DNA of 64,000 nucleotides from an uncultured Gaiellaceae bacterium (GTDB taxonomy: Bacteria; Actinomycetota; Thermoleophilia; Gaiellales; Gaiellaceae). The notes below the pieces were generated by a model. It had not been told where the DNA came from and did no database searches. It worked only from the letters and a program-made list of their open reading frames with translations. The stretch spans positions 528,821 to 592,820 of the forward strand of contig CAWDZG010000002.1 of assembly GCA_963806955.1 (NCBI GenBank), in the 5' to 3' direction. Within the stretch, counting starts at the first letter, position 1, and each line of letters starts with the position of its first letter. A program made the position numbers and the translations under genes. Shown piece after piece: positions 9,705 to 20,301 of this stretch.

Positions 9705-10573
9705 CGCGCGAGCTTAATCTCGATCAGCCCCGGCGCGTGCTCGACCTGCAGGGTCGTGTGCTCGAGCTCGAACTCCCGGCGCAGGAGCAGTTCGAGCTCG
9801 CGGCGGATCGCGTGGCAGTCGGCGCCGGGCTCGACGAGCACGTGCGCCGAGAGCGCAGGGAACCCGGAGGTGATCGTCCACAGGTGGAGGTCGTGCACCT
9901 CGACGACACCGTCCGTCTCGGTGATGGCGGCGCTCACCGCGCGCACGTCCATCCCGGCGGGCGCGCCCTCGAGCAGGACGCCAACCGTCTCGCGGAGGAC
10001 GCCGAAGGTACTGCCGATCACGAGCACGCCGATCACGAGGCCGGCGAGCGGGTCCGCGTAGGCCCAGCCGGTCGCGAGCACGACGATGCCCGCGACGACG
10101 ACGCCGACCGAGGCACCCAGGTCGGCGAGCACGTGGAGCTTGGCGGCGCGAACGTTGAGCCCGCTGCCCGCTCCGTGGAGGATGCGCGCGGCGGCGAGAT
10201 TGACCACGAGCCCCGCGGCGCCGGTCGCGAGCACGAGCGCGCCGGTCACCCCGGGCGGCTCGGAGAGCCGGCCGACGGCCTCCCAGACGATCCAGCCGCC
10301 GAGGAAGACGAGCACGACCGCGTTCACGAGCGCGGCGAGCACCTCCGCGCGCCGCCAGCCGAAGCTGCGCTCCGGCGTGGCCGGCCGTTGCGCGATCCAG
10401 GCGGCTCCGAGCGCGAGCCCGAGCGCGAGCGCGTCGGAGAGCATGTGGGCGGCGTCGGCGAGCAGCGCGAGCGACCCGGCCGCGAGCCCTGCGACGACCT
10501 CCACTCCGGCGAAGCCGAGCACGAGTGCCAGCGCAACCGCGAGCGCGCGCTTCTCTCCGCCGTGCGTGTGCAC
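9701..10573 (-). CDS. cation diffusion facilitator (CzcD-like) transporter
   Basis: Six TM segments with LLADAAHMLSDALAL and HVLADLGASVGV motifs, followed by a C-terminal cytoplasmic domain (VHDLHLWTITSG). Confidence 0.85.
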   Translation of the reverse strand: MHTHGGEKRALAVALALVLGFAGVEVVAGLAAGSLALLADAAHMLSDALALGLALGAAWIAQRPATPERSFGWRRAEVLAALVNAVVLVFLGGWIVWEAVGRLSEPPGVTGALVLATGAAGLVVNLAAARILHGAGSGLNVRAAKLHVLADLGASVGVVVAGIVVLATGWAYADPLAGLVIGVLVIGSTFGVLRETVGVLLEGAPAGMDVRAVSAAITETDGVVEVHDLHLWTITSGFPALSAHVLVEPGADCHAIRRELELLLRREFELEHTTLQVEHAPGLIEIKLAR

Positions 10574-10620
10574 CCGCTCACGGTAGCGCGAGCGGTTCTC
10601 GAACCTGTAATGATCGGCTG

Positions 10621-11840
<1,220 letters not shown>

Positions 11841-11844
<4 letters not shown>

Positions 11845-13169
11845 TGAGGAAGCACCGCTTGCTGCTTGTGCTGGCACTACTCGTCGGAGCACTGTCGCTG
11901 CTGGTAGCAGGCTGCGGCGGTGACGACGACGAGAGCGCCGGGGATGGAGGCACGACCGAGGCCGCGGCCACCACCGAGGCGGAGAGCGTCACAGGCTCGA
12001 TCACGATCGCAGGGCTCTGGACCGGCGGCGAGGGCGAGTCCTTCCAGGCCGTGCTCGACGGCTTCAAGGAGCAGTATCCGGACGTGAACGTCACGTATCA
12101 GCCGGCCGGAGAAGACCTGCCGACGATCCTCGCAACCGGAGTCGAGGGCGGGAACCCGCCTGACCTTGCGTCGCTCTCCTCGCCCGGAGTGATCAAGAGC
12201 TTCGTCGACAAGGGCTCGCTGCAGCCGATCGACTTCGCCACCGACGCCCTCGCGGAGAACTACTCCGAGAGCTTCGTCAACCTGACGACGTTCGACGGCA
12301 AGACGTACGGCGTTGTTTTCAAGGGCGCCAACAAATCGACCATCTGGTACAACACGCAGGCGTTCGAGGACGCCGGTGTCGAACCGCCCTCGACCTGGGA
12401 CGACCTGCTGGCGGCGGGCGACACGCTGAAGGCGTCGGGTGTGACGCCGTACTCCGTCGGCGCGGCCGACGGCTGGACGCTCACCGACCTGTTCGAGAAC
12501 GTCTACCTGCGCACCGCGGGCGGCGACAAGTACGACCAGCTCGCGACGCACGAGATCCCGTGGACCGACCAGTCGGTCAAGGACGCGCTCGCGGAGATGG
12601 CGAAGATCTTCCAGTCCGACAACATGGCCGGGGGCACGAGCAGCGCGCTCCAGACCGACTTCCCGACCTCGGTGACCCAGGTCTTCGTCGACCCGCCGAA
12701 GGCGGCGATGGTGATGGAGGGTGACTTCGTCGGCACGTTCATCAACACCGAGACCAACGCGAAGGTCGGCGAGGGCGCGGACGTGTTCACGTTCCCGTCG
12801 ATCAACGACTCGCCGCCGGTCGTCGTCGGCGCCGGCGACAGCATCGTCATGTTCAAGGACAGCCCCGCCGCCCGGGCGATGATCACCTACCTGGCGTCGG
12901 CCGAGGCGGCCGAGCTCTGGGCCGCGCGCGGCGGCTTCTCGTCGCCGAACAAGCAGCTCGACGAGAGCGTGTACCCCGACGACACGACGCGGAAGCTCGC
13001 CTCGGAGCTCGCCCAGGCGGAGACGTTCCGCTTCGACCTCTCCGACCTGCAGCCGCAGGTGCTGAACGAGGCACTGTTCGCCGAGCTCGCGAACTTCGTC
13101 AAGAACCCGTCGGACATCGACGGGACGACGGAGAAGCTCGAGGCGGCGGCGAAGAAGGCGTACCCGTAA
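11841..13169 (+). CDS. sugar ABC transporter substrate-binding lipoprotein (family 1)
   Basis: Signal peptide with lipobox LLVAGCGG, then family-1 solute-binding-like sequence. GGAGG lies at 11829-11833. The start is GTG 11841 or ATG 11844. Confidence 0.85.
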
Positions 13170-13175
13170 GGACCC

Positions 13176-14519
13176 GTGTCGAGCACTGGTAGCTCGACGG
13201 TCACGGCGGCACCTCCGGTGACGGAGGTGCCGCCACCGCCGTCCTCGCGAGGAAGGCATGCGATCACGCTCGGGTTCCTCGCGCCCGCGATCTTCTTCCT
13301 CGGCGTCTGGGTCGTGTACCCGGCCGTCCGGACGCTGATCCGGAGCTTCTTCTCGGACCGCGGCGGCGACTTCGTCTGGTTCGACAACTACGAGACCATG
13401 TTCCGGGACGAGACGATCCAGACGGCGATCAAGAACAACGTCATCTGGGTGCTCGTCGTGCCCGCCGGCGTCACGGCGCTCGGCCTGCTCTTCGCCGTCC
13501 TCACCGAGAAGGTGCCGTGGGCGCCGGCGTTCAAGATCGCCGTCTTCGTGCCGCTCGCCGTCTCGCTGTTCGCGGTCGGCGTGATCTGGCGGATCATGTA
13601 CCAGCAGGACCCCGACCGGGGTGCGATCAACGCCGGCATCGTCGCGGTCCAGGGACTCTTCACCGAGCAGGGGGCGCTGACGACGGCGAAACCCTCGACC
13701 GACGCCCTGGCCGGGTCGCCGCAGGGCGGCCTCCGGCTGGAGAAGACCCTCAAGCCCGGCTCGGTGGCGTTGCTCGGGCTGACCGCGATCAAGGCGACCG
13801 AGCTCCCCTCGGATCCCGAGCAGGCGGCGCAGCCCGAGGCGATGCAGGGCGGGATCACCGGTGTCGTCTGGAGAGACTTCAAGCCCGGCGGCGGAACGCC
13901 GGGCGTGGTCGAGCAGGAGGAGGTCGGCCTCGGCGGGATCAAGATCAGGCTCCGCAGCGCGGACGGAGAGGAGGTCGGCTCGACGACGAGCGAGTCCGAC
14001 GGCAGCTTCGCCTTCGCGGAGCTCGAGGACGGCGACTACCGCGTCGCGATCGCCAAGGAGACCTTCGCCGAGCCTTTCCAGGGGTTCAACTGGCTCGGCG
14101 ACCGCCTGATCACGCCGTCGCTCCTGATCGCGTTCCTCTGGGTGCAGGCGGGCTTCGCGATGGTGATCATCGCGGCCGGCCTCGCAGCGATCCCGCGCGA
14201 CCTGCTCGAGGCCGCCCGCACCGACGGCGGCACCGAGTGGCAGGTGTTCCGGCGCATCACCGTCCCCCAGCTGATGCCGGTGCTGATCGTGGTGCTCGTG
14301 ACGCAGATCATCGGCGTGCTGAAGGTGTTCGACCTCGTCGTCTCGATCGTGCCGTCCTCGGGCCGCGACAGCGCCACCGTGATCGCGGTCGAGATGTACG
14401 AGCGCTCGTTCAGCGGCCAGAACCGCTTCGGCTTCGGTGCCGCGATCTCGACCTTCATGTTCGTGCTCTTCGTCCCGTTCCTCATCCTCAACATCCGCCG
14501 CTTCCGGAGGGAGAACTGA
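13176..14519 (+). CDS. carbohydrate ABC transporter permease with about 165-aa extracytoplasmic insertion
   Basis: MalF/UgpA-type permease with the EAA loop AARTDGGTEWQVFRRITVPQL. A long insert lies between TM3 and TM4 (see finding). Confidence 0.8.
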   Translation: MSSTGSSTVTAAPPVTEVPPPPSSRGRHAITLGFLAPAIFFLGVWVVYPAVRTLIRSFFSDRGGDFVWFDNYETMFRDETIQTAIKNNVIWVLVVPAGVTALGLLFAVLTEKVPWAPAFKIAVFVPLAVSLFAVGVIWRIMYQQDPDRGAINAGIVAVQGLFTEQGALTTAKPSTDALAGSPQGGLRLEKTLKPGSVALLGLTAIKATELPSDPEQAAQPEAMQGGITGVVWRDFKPGGGTPGVVEQEEVGLGGIKIRLRSADGEEVGSTTSESDGSFAFAELEDGDYRVAIAKETFAEPFQGFNWLGDRLITPSLLIAFLWVQAGFAMVIIAAGLAAIPRDLLEAARTDGGTEWQVFRRITVPQLMPVLIVVLVTQIIGVLKVFDLVVSIVPSSGRDSATVIAVEMYERSFSGQNRFGFGAAISTFMFVLFVPFLILNIRRFRREN

Positions 14520-15406
14520 TGGCCGTCGCCGAGGCCCGTGCAGAGCCGGTCGTGATCGAGGAGGGCGTCGCGACGCGTCTGCTCCGCGTGCTCGGCAAGG
14601 CGCCCGTCCACATTGCCCTCGCCGTCATCGGCGTGCTCTGGCTGATGCCGACGATCGGGCTCCTCTTCACGTCGCTGCTCACACCCTCGGACGCGCAGTC
14701 GGCGGGTTGGTGGCAGGTGTTCTCGCAGCCGAGCATCGTGACGTTCGAGAACTACGGCAACATCTTCCGGGACGACGGCATCGTCGGATCGCTCTGGGTG
14801 ACGGCCCAGGTGACGCTCGGCGCGACGATCCTGCCGATCCTCGTCGCTTCGCTGGCCGGCTACGCCTTCGCGTGGCTCGAGTTCCCGGGCCGCGACTGGA
14901 TCTTCCTCGGCGTGATCGCGCTCCTCGTCGTGCCGCTGCAGATGTCGCTGATCCCGATCTTCGAGCTCTACAACAAGACCGGCCTCTACGACACGATCGT
15001 CGGGCTCGTCTTCTTCCACAGCGCCTTCGCCCTGCCCTTCGGCATCTTCCTGCTGCGGAACTTCTTCGCGGGCATACCCCGAGACCTGCTCGAGGCAGCC
15101 CGCATCGACGGCGCGTCCGAGCTCAGGATCTTCGCCCGCGTGATCCTGCCGCTCGGGATCCCGGCGATCGCGGCGCTCGGGATCTTCCAGGTGCTGTTCG
15201 TCTGGAACGACCTGCTCGTCGGGCTCGTCCTGGCGCAGGAGAACAAGCCGATCGCGCCCGAGATCTTCTCCCAGCTGCGCCAGTTCGGCGCGAATCTCGA
15301 GATCATCGCCCCGGCGGCGTTCTTCTCCGCCGTGATCCCGTTGACGATCTTCGCGATGTTCCAGCGGTACTTCGTCGAGGGGCTCCTGGCCGGCTCCGTA
15401 AAGTAG
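14519..15406 (+). CDS. carbohydrate ABC transporter permease (MalG/UgpE type)
   Basis: ATG overlaps the preceding stop (TGATG). EAA loop EAARIDGASELRIFARVILPL. Six TM segments. Confidence 0.85.
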   Translation: MAVAEARAEPVVIEEGVATRLLRVLGKAPVHIALAVIGVLWLMPTIGLLFTSLLTPSDAQSAGWWQVFSQPSIVTFENYGNIFRDDGIVGSLWVTAQVTLGATILPILVASLAGYAFAWLEFPGRDWIFLGVIALLVVPLQMSLIPIFELYNKTGLYDTIVGLVFFHSAFALPFGIFLLRNFFAGIPRDLLEAARIDGASELRIFARVILPLGIPAIAALGIFQVLFVWNDLLVGLVLAQENKPIAPEIFSQLRQFGANLEIIAPAAFFSAVIPLTIFAMFQRYFVEGLLAGSVK

Positions 15407-15410
15407 GTCG

Positions 15411-16515
15411 ATGGCTGAACGTGTCGCGATCGTCGGCTCGGGGCTCGGCGGCCTCGTCGCCTACGCGACCCTGCGCCACGGCGGGCTCGGGCCGTCCGAG
15501 ATCGCAGTGTTCGGGGCCGACCCCGACCCGGTGGCCGCCTGGCGCCCGCGCGCCGCGGCGATCCGCCAGCGCCGGATGCGCTCGGAGAGCGACGGCCACT
15601 GCCTGCCGCGCTCGTTCCCCGGGCTCGCCGTGCGCGAGGCGGCCCGCACGCTCTCCCCCGTCCCGCTCGTGCGCACCGCGTTCGACCGGTACCGGCCCAG
15701 CGTCGACGACTTCCTCGTCCACGTCACCGAGGTGCGCGAGCGCAGCGGCTGGGACTGCGAGCTTCCGGCCCGCCAGGATCGAGCGCGTGCGCGCGGTGGC
15801 GGGCGGGTTCGAGCTCGACGGCCACGGCGTGTTCAGGCACGTGCTGCTCTCGCCGGGCCATCCGGGCCACGCCCTGCCGGAGGCGCTCGCCGGCGATCCA
15901 CGCGTCGTCCACGCCTACGAGCCGCACGACTACGCGGACAGCGTCGCGATCGTCGGCGCCGGCATGGCCGCGGCGACCGAGTGGCTGAACGCGCTCGCCG
16001 CCGGCTCCGACGTGACCTCGGTCCGGCGGCGCGAGCCGGTCCGCCGGCCGCTGAACGTCGACCGGACGCTCTTCTCCAAGCGCGGACTCGCGGGCTTCCA
16101 CGGAACCGCACACGGCGAGCGGGCCGAGCTGCTGCGCCGGCTCTCGCAGCCGTCCTACCCGCCCGGCCGCGCCTGGGACGAGCCGCTCGCGCAGGCCGAA
16201 CGCGAGGGCCGCTTCCGCGTCGAGGCCGAGCTGAACGGGGCGCGCCAGGTGATCTGCGCGACCGGGTTCGAGCGCGGTTTCGCGCACGATCCGCTCCTGC
16301 GCGGGCTGGTGCGCGAGCACGGCCTCGAGACGGTGGAGCGCTGGCTCGTGCTCGCGCCCGACTCGACGGTGCCGTCGCTGACCGACGACACGCGCACGCT
16401 GTCGCTCGCCGGCGCGCCGGCGCAGTGGGCCTATCCCGCGGCGGACACGCTCGTCGGGATGAAGTACGCGGCGCGGCGCTTTCTACGCAGGATCGGACGA
16501 TGTCCTACACGCTGA
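15411..16515 (+). pseudogene. FAD/NAD(P)-binding oxidoreductase (two-dinucleotide-binding-domain flavoprotein), one frameshift near 15757
   Basis: GxGxxG motifs are present twice: VAIVGSGLGGL at the N-terminus and VAIVGAGMAAATEW in the second frame. The two halves lie in frames 15411.. and 14437..16515. Confidence 0.6.
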
Positions 16516-17663
16516 GAGGCCGCATCGAGTCCCGCCTCGCAGCCGCGTTGCTGCCGTTCGCCGCCGCGCTCGCGCTCGCGCCCGTGCTGCACGCGTGGTG
16601 GCCGATCGAGCTCGTCGGCCTGATGGTCGCGGTCGGCGTGGTGCTCGACGCCGCCGTCTATCACCGGCGGCTTCCCTACCAGCCGGCGTGGACCGCGGTG
16701 CCGCTCGGCCTGCTCGAGCTCGGCCTGACGATGGGACTCGTGTTCCTGCTCGACCTCGGCGCGCCGCTCCGGCCCGCACTCGCCTTCTTCGCAGCCGCGT
16801 GGCTGCTCGCGCAGGTGCTCGGCCACGCCGGCCTGCCGCTCCTGCGGCTCAGCTATGCCGAGGACGGCGGCGAGCTCGGCCGCGCAGGAATGGGGCTCAC
16901 TGCACTCGGCGCGGCGGCGGTCCTGCTCGTCGGCGGCACGGCGTGGACGATCCGGCCGCCGACGATCCGGCTCGCGGCCGGGGTGCACGAGGGGCCGCTC
17001 GTGCTCGACAAGCCGCAGCGGCTCGTCGGCGCGCCCGGAGCCGTCGTGCGCGGCGGCATCGTCGTCACCTCCGACGACGTCCACGTCCGCGACGTGACCG
17101 TCTTCGGAGGCGAGTACGGAATCGAGGTGCGCGGCTCCGAGAGCGTCGTGCTCGAACGCGTCCGGATCGGCGGGGCGACGATGGACGGCATCTCCGCCCG
17201 GCGGAGCTCCGTGCGGATCTCCGACTGCCGCATCGACTCGCCGCGCACCGCAGGCGCCCAGGGCATCGACATCTCGTTCGCGCTCACGGTGCCGCCGAGC
17301 ACGGTCGAGCGGTGCCGCGTCACCGGAGGCTCCGAGGGCATCGTCTCGCATCTCGCGACCGTCCTGATCCGGGACAACGACGTGAGCGGCACGAGCCTGC
17401 GCGGGATCGCCGTCACGGAGATGTCGATGGGCGAGGTGGACGACAACCGCGTACGCGACGCAACCGGCGTCGCGATCTTCTGCGGCGACTACTCGCACTG
17501 CACGATCACGGACAACACCGTCAGCGGGACGCGGCCGGACCCGTCGGGCAACCCGACGCGAAACGGCTTCGGGATCATCTCCTACTTCGGCGCGGTCGCT
17601 CGGGTCGGCGGCAACAACACCACCACGGCGGCGTTCATCGACGGCCGCCTCGAGCCCCACTGA
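16500..17663 (+). CDS. membrane-anchored right-handed parallel beta-helix repeat protein (NosD-like)
   Basis: About 5 N-terminal TM segments, then repeated beta-helix turns (VRDVTVFGGEYGIEVRGSESVVLERVRIGG...; IRDNDVSGTSLRGIAVTE...; ITDNTVSG). The ATG overlaps the upstream gene by 16 nt. Confidence 0.65.
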   Translation: MSYTLRGRIESRLAAALLPFAAALALAPVLHAWWPIELVGLMVAVGVVLDAAVYHRRLPYQPAWTAVPLGLLELGLTMGLVFLLDLGAPLRPALAFFAAAWLLAQVLGHAGLPLLRLSYAEDGGELGRAGMGLTALGAAAVLLVGGTAWTIRPPTIRLAAGVHEGPLVLDKPQRLVGAPGAVVRGGIVVTSDDVHVRDVTVFGGEYGIEVRGSESVVLERVRIGGATMDGISARRSSVRISDCRIDSPRTAGAQGIDISFALTVPPSTVERCRVTGGSEGIVSHLATVLIRDNDVSGTSLRGIAVTEMSMGEVDDNRVRDATGVAIFCGDYSHCTITDNTVSGTRPDPSGNPTRNGFGIISYFGAVARVGGNNTTTAAFIDGRLEPH

Positions 17664-17672
17664 GCCCGCTGG

Positions 17673-18899
17673 ATGCCGCCACGCCTGCAGCTGCTCGCCC
17701 GCACGGGACATCCGGACTTCCTCGACCTGCCCTGGGACGTCCCGCTCGAGGAGTGGCAATCGGAGCGCCTCGTCGACGTCGTCCGCGGCATCAGCCGCCA
17801 CGTGGTCCGCTTCGTCAACTACGACGGCTCTCTCTACGCGCTGAAGGAGATCTCCGCCCCACTCGCCCGGCGCGAGTACGCACTGCTGCGGGCGCTCGCC
17901 GCCCAGCAGATGCCGGTGGTCGACGTCGTCGGCGTCGTCACGGAGCGGGACGGTGATCTCGATGCCGTCCTGATCACGCGCCACCTCGACTACTCGCTGC
18001 CGTTCCGGAAGCTCTTCGCCGGGCACGAGCTCCCCGATCTGCGCAACCGGCTGCTCGACGCGGGCGCCGAGCTCCTCGTGCGCCTTCACCTCGCGGGCTT
18101 CTTCTGGGGCGACTGCTCGCTCTCGAACACCCTCTTCCGCCGCGACGCGGGATCGCTGACCGCCTACCTGGTGGACGCCGAGACGGGGGAGCTCCATCCG
18201 CAGCTGAGCGACGGCCAGCGCCGGCACGACCTCGCGATCGCGGAGGAGAACGTGATCGGCGAGCTGCTCGACGTCGAGGCCGAGCTCGACGAGCCACAGC
18301 GGTTCGTGCCCGAGGACACGGCACGCGACCTCGTCGAGCGGTACGAGCGGCTCTGGTCCGAGCTCACCCGGGAGGAGGTCTTCGGCCCGGACGAGCGGTA
18401 TCGGATCGAGGATCGCCTGCACCAGCTGAACGAGCTCGGCTTCGACGTCGAGGAGATCGAGCTCGTCGCGGCGGAAGACGGCTACCGGCTCCGGCTCGAC
18501 CCGCAGGTGGTCGAACCCGGGCACCATCGCCGCCGGCTCTACGGCCTGACCGGCCTCGATGCCCTCGAGAACCAGGCTCGGCGGCTCCTCAACGATCTCG
18601 CCGGCTACCGCGCCGAGCTGGAGCAGACCGAGGGGCAGCTCCCGGAGACGGTCGTCGCGTACCGCTGGCTCGCGGAGGTCTTCGAGCCGACGATCGCAGC
18701 AGTGCCGAAGGAGCTGGGAGCGAAGCGGCAGGCGGCGGAGGTGTTCCACGAGATCCTCGAGCACCGCTGGTATCTCTCGCAGCAGGCCGGCAGCGACATC
18801 GGCATGAAGCGCGCAATCGAGTCCTATCTCGAGAGCGTGCTCCCGAACGAGCCGGACGAGCGGACCGTGCTGGAGCCGCTGGAGGAAGAGAGCGACTAG
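17673..18899 (+). CDS. DUF4032 protein with N-terminal Kdo/RIO-like kinase fold
   Basis: 408 aa. GISRHVVRFVNYDGSLYALKE...LHLAGFFWGDCSLSNTLFRRDAGSLTAYLVDAETGE resembles the lipopolysaccharide-kinase/RIO fold. The C-terminal half matches what I recall of DUF4032. Confidence 0.6.
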   Translation: MPPRLQLLARTGHPDFLDLPWDVPLEEWQSERLVDVVRGISRHVVRFVNYDGSLYALKEISAPLARREYALLRALAAQQMPVVDVVGVVTERDGDLDAVLITRHLDYSLPFRKLFAGHELPDLRNRLLDAGAELLVRLHLAGFFWGDCSLSNTLFRRDAGSLTAYLVDAETGELHPQLSDGQRRHDLAIAEENVIGELLDVEAELDEPQRFVPEDTARDLVERYERLWSELTREEVFGPDERYRIEDRLHQLNELGFDVEEIELVAAEDGYRLRLDPQVVEPGHHRRRLYGLTGLDALENQARRLLNDLAGYRAELEQTEGQLPETVVAYRWLAEVFEPTIAAVPKELGAKRQAAEVFHEILEHRWYLSQQAGSDIGMKRAIESYLESVLPNEPDERTVLEPLEEESD

Positions 18900-20299
18900 A
18901 CGGCGGTGAGGACGAGCCGCCGGCTGCCGGTGCCGGCCGCCGGGACGAACGCCTCCCCGGCCCGTCCGTCCACGAGCGCGCCCGGTCGTTCCCCCCGCCG
19001 GACGGTCACGTCGACGACCTGCCCGCGGTAGCGGACCCCCGTCAGCTCGAGCTCCTCGAGCCCGTCCGGGAGGAGCGGGTGGAAGTGGGCTCCGGCCGGC
19101 GAGAGCCGCATCCCGACGACGGCGGCGAGCACGATCCGGAGGAGGGCGGTCGCGCTCCACGTCTGCCGGGGCTCGGACTCCCAGAGCTCCACCCCGGCGC
19201 CCGCGCGCTCCTGCAACCCGCCGTACGGCAGGCCCGTCTGCGGGTGGTAGAGCTCGACGAACTGCCCGTCGCGGACTGCGTGGCGGGCGAGTGCGCCGAG
19301 CTCGTGCGCGACGAGGTCGGCGCGGCCTGCACGGGCCGCCGCCTCGGCCCAGAAGGCCTGGATCGGCGGCCAGACCGTGCCGCTGTGGCGGCCGACGTGG
19401 CCGTCGCGGGCATAGCGCTCGAAGGGCGGCCAGAGGCAGGGCACGCCCGCCGGCGTCACGTGCTGGGCCTGGAGGACCGCGTCGCGCTGCGGCCCCGACG
19501 CGACCCCGAAGAGAATCGCGAAGGCGTGACCGAACCCCTCCTGCACGTCCGAGTCGCCGAGCGGGTCGACGAGGTAGCGGTACTGGCCTTGCTCCGCCAC
19601 CCAGAAATGGCGCTCGATCGCGGCCCGCAGCGCTTCGGCCCGCGCGCTCCAACCGGCGTCGGGCGGCTCCCCCAGCTCGGCCGCCATCCGCTCGGCGAGC
19701 TCGTAGGCGTGCACGTACGCGCAGTTGGTCGAGAGCGCGTGCATCGGCAGCCCCTCGCCCGGCCGCGCGAGCGCGCCGGGAGTCAGGTCGCGCCAGCCCA
19801 TGATGTTGTGGTGGCCGGCCTCGGCGTACGGATCAGGGTAAGCCGAGATTCCGTCCGCGTAGACGGCGCCGCCACGGAAGAGGCCGAGCTCCTCGCTCAG
19901 CTCGGTCCGCTCGAAGTGGCGCAGCGAGTTGCGAACCGCCTCCAGCGCCAGGCCGAGGAAGTCGCTATCGCCGGTGACGAGGTAGTGCGACCAGGCGCCG
20001 GGGGCCCAGACGACGGCGTCCCAGTACTCGCCGCCGATCCGGAGCTCTCCGTCGCGGCGCTCGAGCACCGCAAGCAGCGTGTTCCGCGCGACATCGGGCC
20101 GAAGCAGCCCGCCGGCGTTCCAGACATTGATCGCCGCGTCGCGTGTCCACGGCGTCGGATAGCCCCCACCCGCGAGGACAACCGGCTCCTTGCGCTCGAG
20201 CACGCCGCCGCGGAAGGGACGCGTGTTCGACTCCAGGTCGGCGAGCGCGAGCACGAATGCGCGGTCGAGCTCGGGCGAGCTCGTGCGCAGCTCGGGCAC
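18896..20299 (-). CDS. (alpha/alpha)6 six-hairpin glycoside hydrolase, GH63/GDE_C-like
   Basis: GGYPTPWTRDAAINVWN and WPPIQAFWAEAAARAG are typical of the GH63 / amylo-1,6-glucosidase-like catalytic fold. GTG start at 20299 sits directly after the GH38 stop codon. Confidence 0.65.
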   Translation of the reverse strand: MPELRTSSPELDRAFVLALADLESNTRPFRGGVLERKEPVVLAGGGYPTPWTRDAAINVWNAGGLLRPDVARNTLLAVLERRDGELRIGGEYWDAVVWAPGAWSHYLVTGDSDFLGLALEAVRNSLRHFERTELSEELGLFRGGAVYADGISAYPDPYAEAGHHNIMGWRDLTPGALARPGEGLPMHALSTNCAYVHAYELAERMAAELGEPPDAGWSARAEALRAAIERHFWVAEQGQYRYLVDPLGDSDVQEGFGHAFAILFGVASGPQRDAVLQAQHVTPAGVPCLWPPFERYARDGHVGRHSGTVWPPIQAFWAEAAARAGRADLVAHELGALARHAVRDGQFVELYHPQTGLPYGGLQERAGAGVELWESEPRQTWSATALLRIVLAAVVGMRLSPAGAHFHPLLPDGLEELELTGVRYRGQVVDVTVRRGERPGALVDGRAGEAFVPAAGTGSRRLVLTAV

Positions 20300-20301
20300 G
20301 G

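Noticed and set aside
16431-19652. Very long antisense ORFs, for example 16431..19652 (1073 aa), 39778..42375 (865 aa), 50453..52951 (832 aa), 25620..28196 (858 aa) and 7540..9717 (725 aa).
   Set aside because: They are Arg/Pro/Ala/Gly-rich low-complexity translations lying opposite or out of frame to genes with clear family motifs. Stop-poor alternative frames are expected in such G+C-rich DNA.
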